A stretch of DNA of 64,000 nucleotides from Octopus bimaculoides. Its lineage: Eukaryota. The notes below the pieces were generated by a model that had not been told where the DNA came from, made no database searches, and saw only the letters and a list, made by a program, of their open reading frames with translations. The stretch lies in the NCBI RefSeq assembly GCF_001194135.2, contig NC_068995.1, positions 55,310,725 through 55,374,724 of the forward strand, given 5' to 3'. Positions 1 through 12,940 of the stretch are shown here, one piece after another; within the stretch, counting starts at the first letter, position 1, and every line of letters begins with the position of its first letter. The translations under genes and the position numbers were made by a program.

Positions 1-329
1 TGTATTCTACATATTACTGGGAAGTGTACATATCGCTTGCAAATGTGAATGATTTTAAAGATGTAACAAATCTCTTACAGCACCACGAAATCTCGTACTG
101 TGTCGAATTTTGTCAGCACCTAGTTTTCAGTGAGATAAAGTAGTGTATGTCAATAATAAAAGATATCAAAGGGAAGTTTGATTGGGAGAGATTTATGGCT
201 TGTAATAAACGTGAACGATATTAGAGGAAGATTTACTACTGACGGTTTGTATGCCAACCTTCGTTGGAGATAGTCTGAACAATAGCAAGGAGATACAGTG
301 ATGAAACGGGGAGATACAATAGAACAAAG

Positions 330-1560
330 AGTAGCGTAAGAAGGAGTGGGGTATATGGAAATCTAACATGAACATAACAGATGTAAAAACGCCAAATACA
401 CATCCTTCCAGTTTTACATCCGTTTTGACACAGTTATATGAGCAGCATTTTTTTCCTTCCTCTCCCACTTCTACTGTTTCTATTCACGCTGAGCATTCAA
501 CATACGTTCAAATAATTGCGACCATCCATACACACGGCAGACACGACTGTGTCATCGTAGTTTTCTGTCTTGCTCATTACATCCGTTTCCTCTTATACGT
601 TTTGTTCATATTACTTTAATTCTCACTCCACGACAGAATATTTCACATCCGCTTCATAATACTCCATTTATTTACATCCTTGACAACTTCTTCACACTCC
701 AGACCTACGTCATGCAGCATTGTGCTTCTCACAGTCTGTATTTTTTCTGACACGGAAACTTTTGTAATTATCAGAAGTAAATAGCTTACTGAACTTCTAT
801 AGACCACACGTACACTAACAGTTATACATTCGTAACACGCAACTCCGCTTCTAATTACGTCTCCGAGAAAACAAAATAATTCTGAACTCTTTCTAGAGAC
901 CCTTCGAGCATCTATTTGTACGAAAGTTTTATGTCAAATGTCTTCTTGGAATATTTCACTTTGTTGATTATTTCAGAGACATTATATATTCCTCAAAGTG
1001 CTTATTCACGTTCATTGGAAACTTAAATTTCTGTTTTGTTTAACACAAGTGACCGATCATCATCATTTAGCAAACAAACTTCTTCAATATGATTCATAAG
1101 ATATGTTGTGTCCGATTTGAGAGCGGGGTGTAAACGTAAATCTATATTTCAGGAGTTTTATATCATTTTCCATAAGGTTTCGCTATAACAGGATAGGATT
1201 ATCACGTTTGTCTCTGTTGATCCAAAGCTTCCTTGAGATTTTATATCATTATAGACTTCTTTCGTTCTTGTTTGGAGATCTTGTTCCCTAAAAGAATTTT
1301 CGTGTTCTGTGAACCATTGGTACTTTATCGTTCATTTATACTATTTAGGTGAGAGGAAGTTGTCCAGTTGTTCTTGTACCATCTGCCTTCACTATTGGTA
1401 TGTTCTTGCGCTTACCATGTTTTGAAGATTTTATTTGGTCTGTTCTTCCATTCTTATTTTACCTCGGTATTTTGGCTTTTCATGGCATGCCTTCTCTTGT
1501 TTGGAATTCTATTTTAGCTTTTTACTCTTTTTTTCCTATTTGAAAGTCAATATTTAAATT
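330..1560 (-). mobile_element. Degenerate RTE-clade LINE remnant (RT C-terminal region)
   Basis: Manual minus-strand translation gives frameshifted motifs VRSTMLH (cf. VRSAMLYGSETW), KLR*H..VCRMDG (cf. KLRWFGHV.R) and RSGRGRK (cf. RGRGRP) in RTE order at about 430-760. The upstream part to about 1560 is more degraded and its boundary is approximate. Confidence 0.6.
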
Positions 1561-1851
1561 TCGTGACTGTAACAAGGTTTTTTACAAAAATTATATAAGC
1601 ACGTGTGTTTGTGTCTCTATGTGTGTACGTGTGTGTTTATGTGTGTTTGTGTGTATGTGTGTCCATGCATTCTTCCTATAAGTGTGACGATCGATGATTA
1701 AATCTGAAAACTGAAAAAAAAAGTGTTTCGCGAAACAGAACTTTACGTTACGGTATAAATATATTTCTTTTCTTGTTTTCACTCTGTACCCATCTATCTG
1801 TCTATCTATCTATCTATCTCTATCTATACACTAACAGCAATAAATATTTGC

Positions 1852-1887
<36 letters not shown>

Positions 1888-1906
1888 NNNNNNNNNNNNN
1901 NNNNNN

Positions 1907-1948
<42 letters not shown>

Positions 1949-1990
1949 TGTATGTGTGTGTGTGTGTGTGTGTGCGTGTGTGTGTTTGTT
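1852..1990. repeat. (TA)n / (TG)n compound microsatellite with N gap
   Basis: Directly visible; one of dozens of such arrays in the window. Confidence 0.95.
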
Positions 1991-2608
1991 TGTGTGTATG
2001 TTATCTTATATAAATGCGAGTAACCCGATGACGAATATTCTAAGCCTTTTTCGTTTATTATTAAAGATCTAAAGTTTATTCATACCATAACATATTTTCG
2101 CAACTAATAATTCCTTACTAAATTCTAAATTTTTGCATTTCGTTTTCGTTTTATTTTATCCTTTTCATCGCAGAATAAATGTTTATTTTTATTGCATAAA
2201 ATGTGACAGCCGTTGTGAATGTATCTAGTTGGTTTCAAAGTACACAGAACTAAATGAAATTGAATCAAGTTACTTTGATTTTTAATATTCAGAGCTGTTC
2301 CTGATATGATTTATTTGTATATTTTTGTGGCAATAAATCACTGTTTATACTCCTGACATCTGTAATTATGTTGGTAGTATATTTCGTTAATCAATATATT
2401 AAATCTTCTGATTTATATAAGAATTAATTTCTGTGATGATGTGTATATTCCACTTTTTCTTTCAGAATGACAGTGATCCATCGCGTTTTTTGCTCCTTTC
2501 TGTTCCTGCTTTGTTTAGTGGTTAAAATGTTAATTTTGCTTTCGTTAGCACGATTAAAAAATTGAAGTGCGTGAAGCAGAGTGACGATCTTATGAATGCG
2601 ATTCATAC

Positions 2609-2706
2609 AGGCTCAGGAGTGGCTCTGTGGTAAGAAGCTTGCTTCCTAACCAAATGGTTCATGGTTCAATCCCACTGTGTGGAACCTTGGGCAAGTGCCT
2701 TCTACT
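2609..2706 (+). mobile_element. tRNA-derived SINE, 5' part (octopus-type)
   Basis: ggagtggctctgtggtaagaagcttgcttcctaacc...ggttcaatccc carries A/B-box-like motifs; the same head recurs reversed at 9290-9347 and diverged at 35451. Confidence 0.75.
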
Positions 2707-3162
2707 TTTTTTTTTCTTAACAGTTCAGCAAGATTTTGGAAAATTGTGTTACGGTAGCATGATTTTCTGTTGTATCTATCGAATTCTTATAATTAGTGGT
2801 CATATCAAACAGTTTTCTATACTGTGCAAACTGAAAATAAACGGATATAAAGAATCATACATTCTCTCCTATCTAAGCGAATATGTTTGAATCGAAAAAA
2901 TAATCTAGATACGTTATTTCCTTCCTCAATAACTACTCAAGAAACAAATTTATCCTTAGTCACCGAATATACTCTGCATAATTATATAATTTTATATAGG
3001 AGCCAACATGAATGCTTCTATATTTTTGTACAAATATTTATCAATAATATTAAAATGTTTCTATAAAAATGTTAGCATATTTTATGAATCAATCACACAT
3101 TTTATGTTTGTTTATATTTTAATTCATCGATATATTCATTTAAATAAAATATCTCTTTCTCT

Positions 3163-3345
<183 letters not shown>

Positions 3346-5575
3346 TAAGTGAATATTTCTTTGGTTCAAGAATTTGGATTATAGTCTAGCTGGAGTTGAA
3401 CTAACATTAATCAATGTCTTTCTTCTGAGTAGCAGGAAATATATCTTAATCTTTCTTTCGCTGTTCTCTCATTTTTTTTTCAATGCTCCATTGAAGCTAA
3501 CAACTTCATGTAATTAACTCTATTTATCTATATTTCATAGTTGTCAATGACAACTTCACTGCTTATTTTAAAGCATTTATAAATATAATAATTGTCTTTT
3601 GAATTTTGAAAACATATAATGATATTTTGTGACCTTTTAAAAATCCTATATTTCGAAAAAGAAAAAAAATCAACAAAATTTCTTTCATATCCTCTTAGAT
3701 TAAAATTCTACAATTGAATCACCTACTGAGATCTATTATTCGACGTTTCTATGCAAATGACTGGGTCACACAATCTAAGGCAGCATATAAGCGAGGGCAT
3801 AATGAAAGATATCCAATCAAATTAACCTTTACATTCGAAAACTAATAACCTGCGTTGCTTTTCTTTTGAGTTACATTCTTCTAATCAAAGGTTATTTGAA
3901 AAACACATCTCTCTGAAAATTAAATTTGACATTTGGCAAATGAAACAAAAGACTCAAATATAATAAGTGTGTTTATTCGTATAAAAAAGAAGAACACGGG
4001 GTGTCGTTATGTGTATGCTGGAAGATTGCATTCACTCTCTCAATATATATTGTTAGGAATGATATCACGATTTTTTATTGTTCTAAATTTAAATATAACA
4101 TCACATTCTTGTTTTATAAACCTGTTAGACTATTTCCGATATTTTTTCCATAAAATATATGAAAGCATATTACTTAAAAATTCCTTTCTCATGCTCACGG
4201 ATATACAAAAACCATCTTTGATAAATTTGCAATAACATCTTCATTTGCAGAATACATAAGCACATGGCATTGATATTGTATGTTTAATCTATCGAAAATA
4301 TGTAGGGCAAATTTGTAAGTGCAAAAATAAGTGAGGCTGAACCATTGTTTTAAATCCTTTATATAATCTCGGGGTTTTCATTTCAACTTACACTAGATTT
4401 GGACATTTTTTATCCTTTGGTTGGTTTTTGACAGAATATATCAAAATCGAATTATGTGCCGTTGTTTAAGATCAAAATATCGTTGACCCAGAGAGTATTA
4501 TAGTGTTCTTTAAATAAACGAATTAATATGAATTATGTTTTCGCTTTTTCTTTTAGTTTATTTTATTCAATCGGTATTTCATACAACGACACAAATAGGT
4601 GAAACTTACCTCTAAATATGTATGTGTATGGGTGAGAGTGTGCGTGTGAGACGGCTTGCATGTGTATGTTTTGTTCAAAGGGACTAGTCACTGATCTATA
4701 AATTCGAAAATTACAATCTTAACTACAAATTATTTTGTTATGCGGCTTCCAGCTAGTACGCTATTATTACTATAAGCCAGAAGAGCAATAAAAGAAATGG
4801 ATGAGCAGACGGGATAGAAACTGTCAAGGATGCCAATCTGCATCCTATGTGATTCGAAACTGCATGCTGGTATATACTGCATGGTTTTCGAATATCAGGT
4901 ATACTACATCGTGAGTAGTATATAATTATCGTGCTTAGATATTTGGAAGACGGCCTATGTGTCATAATGTCAAAGATACCCTGTATCAAATGTAGCGTAA
5001 TTATACACGTAACAAAAGAGCAACAACAACAACAGCATTAGTCATATTACAGAATGCAATAGACGCGTTTTCTAAACGGATTGGCGAAGTTATAATGATA
5101 TGTTTATGGAACTAAATATCATTTGCTCAACTTATATATTTAGTTTATAAAACATTTTGAAACATATCACGTAGTATGGAGATATTTCTAAAATTCATTT
5201 TTCGAATATAATAATTCCTGCTCTATAATTTTCCTATTATTGCGTTATTACTCCACACAAATAAATTATGATTGTAACGGTGCTGAAATTTTAGACGCTA
5301 CAGACAAACTATGTTTCCACGGTGTAAATTGTTTTTAACTTACAATTAGAGTAAACATTAAAATACGTGATAAATTGCATATAAATATGCATCAGAAGAG
5401 TTCATGAAGTTTACGTTCGAACTTGAAATTTGCAAACTGAAATATGGAATCTGAAAATTATATCATAGGTTTCGTGTCTTCGATAATTCCGCTTTATAAA
5501 AATTGGTGGTTGTATAATATTTGAATACAATTATATATACGTAGACATATAACCACACACACACACGCACACGAA

Positions 5576-5617
<42 letters not shown>

Positions 5618-5627
5618 NNNNNNNNNN

Positions 5628-5673
<46 letters not shown>

Positions 5674-5727
5674 GGAAAATATATGTGCGTACGTATATGT
5701 GTGTATGTGTATATATGTGTGAGTGTG

Positions 5728-5880
5728 GGAAGACGTATGGTTTAATGGTTACGATATACGACTCATGATCGTAAAGGGGTGAGTTCGATTCGCAGTGATA
5801 TGTTTTATCCTTGACCAGACATCTTATTTCACGTTGCTGCTGTCCACTCATTTGGCACAAATTAGGAGTAGCAATGTCAC
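5728..5880 (+). mobile_element. tRNA-derived SINE (second family)
   Basis: A-box-like tggtttaatggtt, B-box-like gagttcgattc, then ttatttcacgttgct...cactca body; a related reversed copy lies at 12780-12940. Confidence 0.65.
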
Positions 5881-6069
5881 ATTCTGTTTCACCTGCATGT
5901 CCTTGAATGTCCCTAAGAATTACGTTAAGTGTACGCGTACCTTATCAGTGCATAGCTACAAGCACCTCAATTTCATGAGCAGGTTATTAGACATTGGTGG
6001 TAATTTTAATAGAAGATTTTGTAACAAAACAAGTATAAAAAAGGAGTAGAGAAAGCCTTCTAGAATTCT

Positions 6070-6334
6070 AACTAAATATGTTTCTGAGCAGATTTCCCAA
6101 GTTTAACTCAAAATTTCACGTTGGTTCCTTGATCCAACTCCCTGACCACGACAAAATTTACACACTATACGGGTGTGTAAACAAGAAACAGATGTATTTG
6201 TTTAACGCTCGGAAAGTGAGAAAGTCTCTTACGTTTCGAGCCTACGCTCTTCAACAGAAAGGAACAGAGAAATAATCAGAATGAGAAAATATATGTATAT
6301 ATACATATATGCATATATATATGTATATATGTGT

Positions 6335-6383
<49 letters not shown>

Positions 6384-6600
6384 CGTGCGTATGTATGTAT
6401 GTATGTATGTATGTATGTATTAACAGCCTTGCCTCTCAGAAGCGTCATCTCCTGCCTAGTGTCACGTGGAAGCTGCAGGTATTTATTGCCTACTAAAAAA
6501 ATTGTCCTATTTTTATTTCTTGTCTTTGTTCTTTCAAATGTGAACGTTTGGAGATTTAAGACATTGCGTTTCGTCTTAGTACGTGGCATACTTCATGTGA
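6070..6600 (-). mobile_element. Probable Penelope-like element terminal repeat carrying a hammerhead-like motif, split by a microsatellite
   Basis: Minus strand 6261-6226 reads CTTT-CTGTTGA-A-GAGC-GTAG-GCTC-GAAA-CGTA-AGAG, the layout of minimal hammerheads known from Penelope-like elements. The family assignment is inference. Confidence 0.4.
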
Positions 6601-6723
6601 CACATACTAAATAACATTTACGACGATTAGTTTCATTTGCAGTGTCATTTGTTTCTAATGTATCCATGAAAGAATACTCTCGGGAAAATGTACACGCGTA
6701 TATTCTTTTTACACGGTATTAAC

Positions 6724-6727
<4 letters not shown>

Positions 6728-6807
<80 letters not shown>

Positions 6808-6808
6808 C
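6728..6808. repeat. (GATA)n tetranucleotide microsatellite
   Basis: Directly visible. Confidence 0.95.
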
Positions 6809-8099
6809 CGACATTCTCATGTCTGTAGTAAATAGTGACAATTATATTACGTAATTCTCAATGATTATTTTCTATATTGGTTTGATGTGAATATTATTGG
6901 CTCAGCACAGTTGTGGACAAAGACCCAGAAAACAAAGTCCACAAAACCTGTTTGATCCCTCACTGATCGACTTCAGAGCACATGCATTTCATAAACCTTT
7001 CGTACATACAGGCACAGCTAAAAGGAAGGATATGATTACCTGTGAAAGGCTTTCTAGAACGTCTATGCGAATTGGAAATTAACACAGATGCCTACTACAT
7101 TTAGTTTTCACCTTTATCAGTGGTTACTAAATATCATCTGTCATTAGATTCAAGTAATAACTGAAAATGTCTCATTGATTCGATTCAGCATACATGTTTC
7201 TACTCTGTGCACATAGCATATTTTCTATACTACATATATAGCACAAAGCAAACACAGAGTTGATTTATTTATCAACCAAGTAGAGAGATATGATATTCTA
7301 TGATAGCGACAGAAGACAATAAAATCATCGACGATAAGACACATCAGTTCATCGTTAAGAAAAGCTTATAAAACATCAAAATATTTCGAGAACTTGAAGT
7401 ATTTCACCTTAAATATATTAAAATATCACATTATAAAGTTAAAATTATTTCCGTACTGCCCAGCCTTGTCAGCAATAAAATAATGCTAGGCATTCATTAG
7501 TAAGCTAATTGTCAAAGAAATAGTTTTGTCCTTTTATGAAGTTTATAACTCGGAAATAATTTAAATTAAAATGCAGTTCATTAGTCACGGGAGTTCTCTG
7601 TTACCATTATTCTGTGGTCTTGTTCTTTTCTTTCAACTTTACGATTTTCTGAAATTGATGAGGCAAATGTTTATTGATGCATCAAACAGTAAGCAATAAA
7701 ATGTACGGCATCATTGTAATATATTTTTAATCGTGGTCATAAATTTTCTGAAATTGCGATGTTTGTAACGAGAATAAAACTAACATAAAATTTTAACACG
7801 TAAGTAAGTGAATGTATTCATAATAATAATCTGAAGTCTTCTGTTATAATCTTCATAGAGCATGCCTATTGACCAGTTTCGCAGATTCTGTAATCCAGTT
7901 AGCAAACTGTTCACATTTGATATGCTGTTTAAAGAATTGTGTGTCGCCAAAACAAGTGTGATGTACAAAATATCTACGTACAGTATCTCACTAAAGTCTA
8001 CCATTTGTTGTCAAGGTAAAATGCAGGGGAAAATGTTGTTTTACATTGAACTGTGTGAAAACATTAAATAATCTTCCATCGTTATGTGTGTATACACCA

Positions 8100-8195
8100 G
8101 CCAACATCTGTGCAGGCTCCAACAGAAAGGCGGTGCTCCAGCGCGGCCGCAGTCCATTGGTTGTAACAAGTAAAAGAAATAAAAGAAAATAAATG
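8100..8195 (+). mobile_element. SINE 3' tail fragment
   Basis: ggcggtgctccagc..ggccgcagtc...aacaagtaaaagaaataaaag matches the tail seen at 33490-33545 and, reversed, at 9215-9260. Confidence 0.6.
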
Positions 8196-9214
8196 AGATA
8201 TGTGTATGTGTGCATGTGTGTATATGAGCGTGCATGTGTGTGTGTGTGTGTGTGTGTAGGCGCGAATGTTTACGTGTAACGAAATACAATACGAGTGTGT
8301 GTCTTAAGTTTTATACCCTCAACTGTGTTTGCGTCGATATCATTATTTGTACTATTTACGAAAGATTGAGTATTACAATTTTTAAATGTTTTCTCCTGTG
8401 ATTTGCACAGATGTAAAAACATAATCTACCAATCATTATCTTTAAGAAGCAAAACTAGCAGACACAAGAGAGAACCAAATAAACAATAACCAATTCCTCT
8501 CTCTTTCTCTCTTCACTCTCTCTCTCCTCTCTCACTTTCACTCTTTCCATCCCCACCCACACACACAAATGTTCCGAGTCCAAGACTCTCCAGAGAGATT
8601 AAATACATAGGAAGCATCTGGTAAATCTAGAACAATCTCTAAATTCCAGGCCTTTTGCCAAAAGAATTGAAAACGCGCATAATCTCTGTAGAGTCGTATG
8701 TAAAAGCTATGCATGGATATAATACTTCTCTGCTGTAATTTTCGAGAGTTAAATATTGAACATTCATGCGTAGTTATGCCTCATTTCATCCCACGATAAA
8801 CTTGGCTGAAATCGCTGACAATAATCGCTACTTTAATACCACCCCCATATCGATGACAATACGCATTTTAATAGCACACACAAATACCACTCCCACATTG
8901 GCTTCAAATTACTTATGACTAACTCCTTTTTACATTACTGCTATTGATATCAATTAAAAGAAAACCACCTCTAATATTGTATTGTAGTAAATGTTTGTAT
9001 CCATTAAATATAGACTGTTTTCTATTACATCAGTCCTTATTAATGAAAGTAACATATATTACAGAAAGATTGCATACATCTTACCAACCGCAAATTTGCA
9101 ATAAAAATGAGCTTTTAAATAGATCTGAGAAATTATAAGCAATGCTTAAATATGCATTGCCTTCAGTCGCAAGCAATTATGACATCTACACCATTTTATA
9201 TGTATATTCTTTTA

Positions 9215-9347
9215 TTCTTTTACTTGTTTTATTTATCTGACTGCGGCCATGCACGAGCACTACTTTAAGTCGAACAAATCGGGACTGAAACCGGAACCAT
9301 GTGGTTGGGAATCGAGCTTCTTACCACAACAGCCACTCCTGAGCCTA
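9215..9347 (-). mobile_element. Internally deleted tRNA-derived SINE (head joined to tail)
   Basis: Reverse complement gives head aggctcaggagtggctg.tgtggtaagaagc...gggttc joined to tail gcatggccgcagtc...aaacaagtaaaagaataaaagaat. Confidence 0.75.
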
Positions 9348-9499
9348 TGTAAATATCTATCCTTTAAATTCGTGTATGGGAAACGCTTTTGAGTACGCAT
9401 ATAAAAGTGTCTGTGCTATTACGTCGGCTACGGGCTAGTGATTCAAACTTGCAACAGCATTTTTATGGGATCGTACCGAGTGATACTTATATGATGCAG

Positions 9500-9590
9500 G
9501 ATAATAATAATGATAACAACAACAACAACAACAACAACAACAATAATAATATTAATAATAATAATAATAATAATAATAATGATAATAATG
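9500..9590 (+). repeat. (AAT/AAC)n trinucleotide array abutting a Dong/R4 fragment
   Basis: Directly visible. Confidence 0.95.
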
Positions 9591-10085
9591 CGTCCATCCT
9601 CAAATGGACTAAGGAAGAAATATCAGCAGGGGACAGAAGGACGAGAAAGTTGATGAGGCTGCATGGGGCGCTACACGCTAAAGCAAACGTAACCAGACTG
9701 TATGTGAAAAGAAAGCATGTTGGCAGAGGATTAATTAGTATAGACCGTTGTATAAGGAGTGAAAGGAGAACGCTTGCCGAGTATCTGATATACAGTGATG
9801 AAGACCTGCTGTAATATGCCGCGAAAGATATGGGTGTAAATGCAGATGAAATGATGGGCAAGCAATAGCTTAACCAAAGAGCTGAGGAGAAGAGAAAAGA
9901 AGACCTTCTTGAAATGAGAATGCATGGGCAGCTTGAAAGGAATACACAGGACGTTAAGGATAATACAGCGTCGTAGGCATGGCTTGAGGGAGGTGAATTG
10001 AAGCGAACCACCGGATCATTGCTTCACAAGAATAGGCTTTCGCTACCGATTCAGAGAAGTATAATATCTATAAAATGTCTAACAC
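9590..10085 (+). mobile_element. Dong/R4-clade non-LTR retrotransposon fragment (thumb to pre-zinc-knuckle region)
   Basis: The ORF 9389-9814 C-terminus ILKWTKEEISAGDRRTRKLMRLHGALHAKANVTRLYVKRKHVGRGLISI, followed by MHGQLER..S*AWLEGGELKRTT..IASQE*A, matches R4/Dong motifs. Confidence 0.8.
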
Positions 10086-10104
10086 CCAGAAATGCATATA
10101 TAGA

Positions 10105-10112
10105 TAGATGTG

Positions 10113-10184
<72 letters not shown>

Positions 10185-10209
10185 CAGACAGGCAGACAGA
10201 CAGACAGAC

Positions 10210-10274
<65 letters not shown>

Positions 10275-10287
10275 CATAGATAGATAC

Positions 10288-10325
<38 letters not shown>
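10105..10325. repeat. (GATA)n/(GACA)n microsatellite
   Basis: Directly visible. Confidence 0.95.
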
Positions 10326-10326
<1 letters not shown>

Positions 10327-12779
10327 CCGACCTTCTTATCATAGTTATCTTTGCAATAAACAGAATACATCATCTTTCCCAAATAAATAAATGAGTAAAT
10401 ATATAAATGAATAAACACCTAAATAAATAAAAGAATTCGTAATATATAAAAGCTTGATATATATCTGCAGAAAATCCAGATTCAGAAATAACAATAAAAA
10501 TCGATTTTATGGATTGAAAGTATCAATTAAAGCTCCAGATAAGCTAAATGTTTGTGTGAAATATTCAGCTTTCAAAGTTCATCATCTCAATTACATCACT
10601 TATGGGATAATTACAAACTGGACACTTTAATAGAAAGTATGTTAGCCTTACGAGCATAAAGGAAGTATTAGCTTTATACAATATACTCCAAGGGTCTTAT
10701 ATGAATTATCACCAACAATATGAAGCTGTAAATTGTTAGTAATGTGTTTACAGTTTCGTTAGTTATAAAGTGTCTTCATTTTAAACAGAATTGCTTTTCA
10801 GAATAATTCTAATGTAATTATAACAATATCCCAGTGGAGAATGATATTTTATAAGCAAAATTGCAAAAGCATACGATCGTTAACAGAAATGGCATTCAAT
10901 TATATAATTCTTGATTGCTTCAAGCTAGACAGGAAAACCTGTAATAAAAACAAATAAAAGCAACTGGTGATTTGTGTATTGCAATAGGTAAAGAAATCTT
11001 AAATGTGTTCAACCAAATATACCATATATATGAAGCAGTGGAATAAACGTGAACACACGAATATATGTGCATATATACATACACATATACGTGAATAAAT
11101 GTATGTATGTGCGTGTGTGTGCATTTACAAATATAGAAACCTCTAAGATTAGAAGTGATTAAACATCCAGACACACACTCACTCTGTTTTATTTCATAGT
11201 CCCTCGTTTTCTTTCGCTGCAATTGTTTTACTTCTAATTATTTACCAAAATACTTATACAATGCCTCACCATTTAAGCAAACTTCCACATTAGTTCTTTG
11301 TACCTTAATGCAATAACGTGTTTCCTGATGATTTGTGTTGGTACAGCATACAAATGCAATTGGAATATCCAAAACAGTGTTCCAAGCAACAATAATGGAA
11401 AGATGTACATAAAAACTATTCATATAAACTTGTGTTTACCGTAAAGATTCCATCAGTTACTGAGTATTTCTTAATTAATAATACTACTAAATATAGCAGT
11501 CACTTAATCACCCTACTGAGAGTGTAGGACCTAGAAGGTGTAGTGCTACCATGGTAGTGTTATCTGGACACGAACTCGGATCTGAGAAACTTTGGCTGAA
11601 TGACCTGAGTAAGAGTGTGTTATAGTTGAAATTCTCTAAACATCCAAGAACCCATGAAATATCACTCAGCACAAACCCATGTGAATCGCACGATGATGCA
11701 TAAAAACATATTAAAGTGATTGTGTTTGTGTCCTCTTAAGCAAATTTAAGTTCCGTAAAACTTGGGAAGAAACGAGAATGAAAACCTCTTTCGAAATTTT
11801 ATTGAACATTGCGACTTAGAATGTATTGCGTATCATATACTTGTGTAACTCAACGCTTTCTACTATTCAAACCGTATTATTGGAAGCTCAGGTGTGAGTA
11901 AAATTATAATTGCCATTCTCAATTTATCCCTAGGTACTGTTTCGCCTTTTAGCAACTTTTAAAATCCAATTTAAAAATCTACTTTGCGAGTTTGTAGCAT
12001 ATGCTATAAAAGTCCCTAATGAATAATTCTGAATAGAATTCTAACTTGAAGACGAGTCTAGGCATATTTCCGATTTAATTCAAAATCTAATATGCTTTTT
12101 ACTAAAGAAAATGGTTTTCCACAGATGTAGTTCAATATATATGTATGCTTGCTTACAATCATTTCTAACATTATTTTCAAGTTCCAGTCGTATGAGTTAC
12201 GGAGTTATAATTGGATAGAAATATTTTTGTTATTTCTTTTTTCTTAGTAAATACTGAAATATTTTCTAAAATATATTTTTACATCCGTCGTCATGCTGGC
12301 GTGTATAATTCATCACCAAGAGAGTTTTCGCAGTAATTTTTTAGTTGAATAAGAGAGATGTGCAGTACATTATATTTCACAAACTTTCTCGTGATAATGG
12401 AATTTGTAGAAAGTGTGAACACTATATTAGACGTAGCATGACCGAATAGATTAAGTTTCACTACCTGTGTTCACATCAATAAAGTTAGACACAAGATATA
12501 TAAAGCGATCTTCTGTGTGACACTTAACTCTATTCATTTCACTTTAAATAACAACAGTAAATCTGTGAAGTCGTCTAGAAATGTTCAGTTATAAATGACA
12601 AATGAGAAATCGGCAGTCATTTCTGTATATGTTTTAGTTATTCTAAAAACAATTGTTTGTCTGAGCTACCGGCGAATGTAGTAATCGTGTGGAATATTGT
12701 TCTGAACTCGTCAAATAAAGACTCGATTTGTTAAGGTTGCAAACTTAGGGTGCAGAATGGTGAGAAAGGTAAAGTGACG

Positions 12780-12940
12780 TCGTAGAGTCATGTCGATTCA
12801 CAAGGGCTGCTTTACCGGTTTCTGTGGGGTATGTATGCCCCCACCTGAGTGGACAGGCGCAACGTGAAGTGAAATGTTTTGCTCAAGAACACAGTGAGTC
12901 GTCCGGTCCAGGAATCGAAATTACAATCGTATTGTGATCC
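12780..12940 (-). mobile_element. tRNA-derived SINE remnant (second family)
   Basis: gtgaaatgttttgctcaagaacac...ccggtccaggaatcgaa is the reverse complement of a B-box region (ttcgattcc) plus the body seen at 5728. Confidence 0.6.

Noticed and set aside
7859-8015. Plus-strand exon-like segment MPIDQFRRFCNPVSKLF...ICCQ with AG/GT ends
   Set aside because: No recognisable homology, ordinary splice-site strength for AT-rich DNA, and no convincing partner exon.
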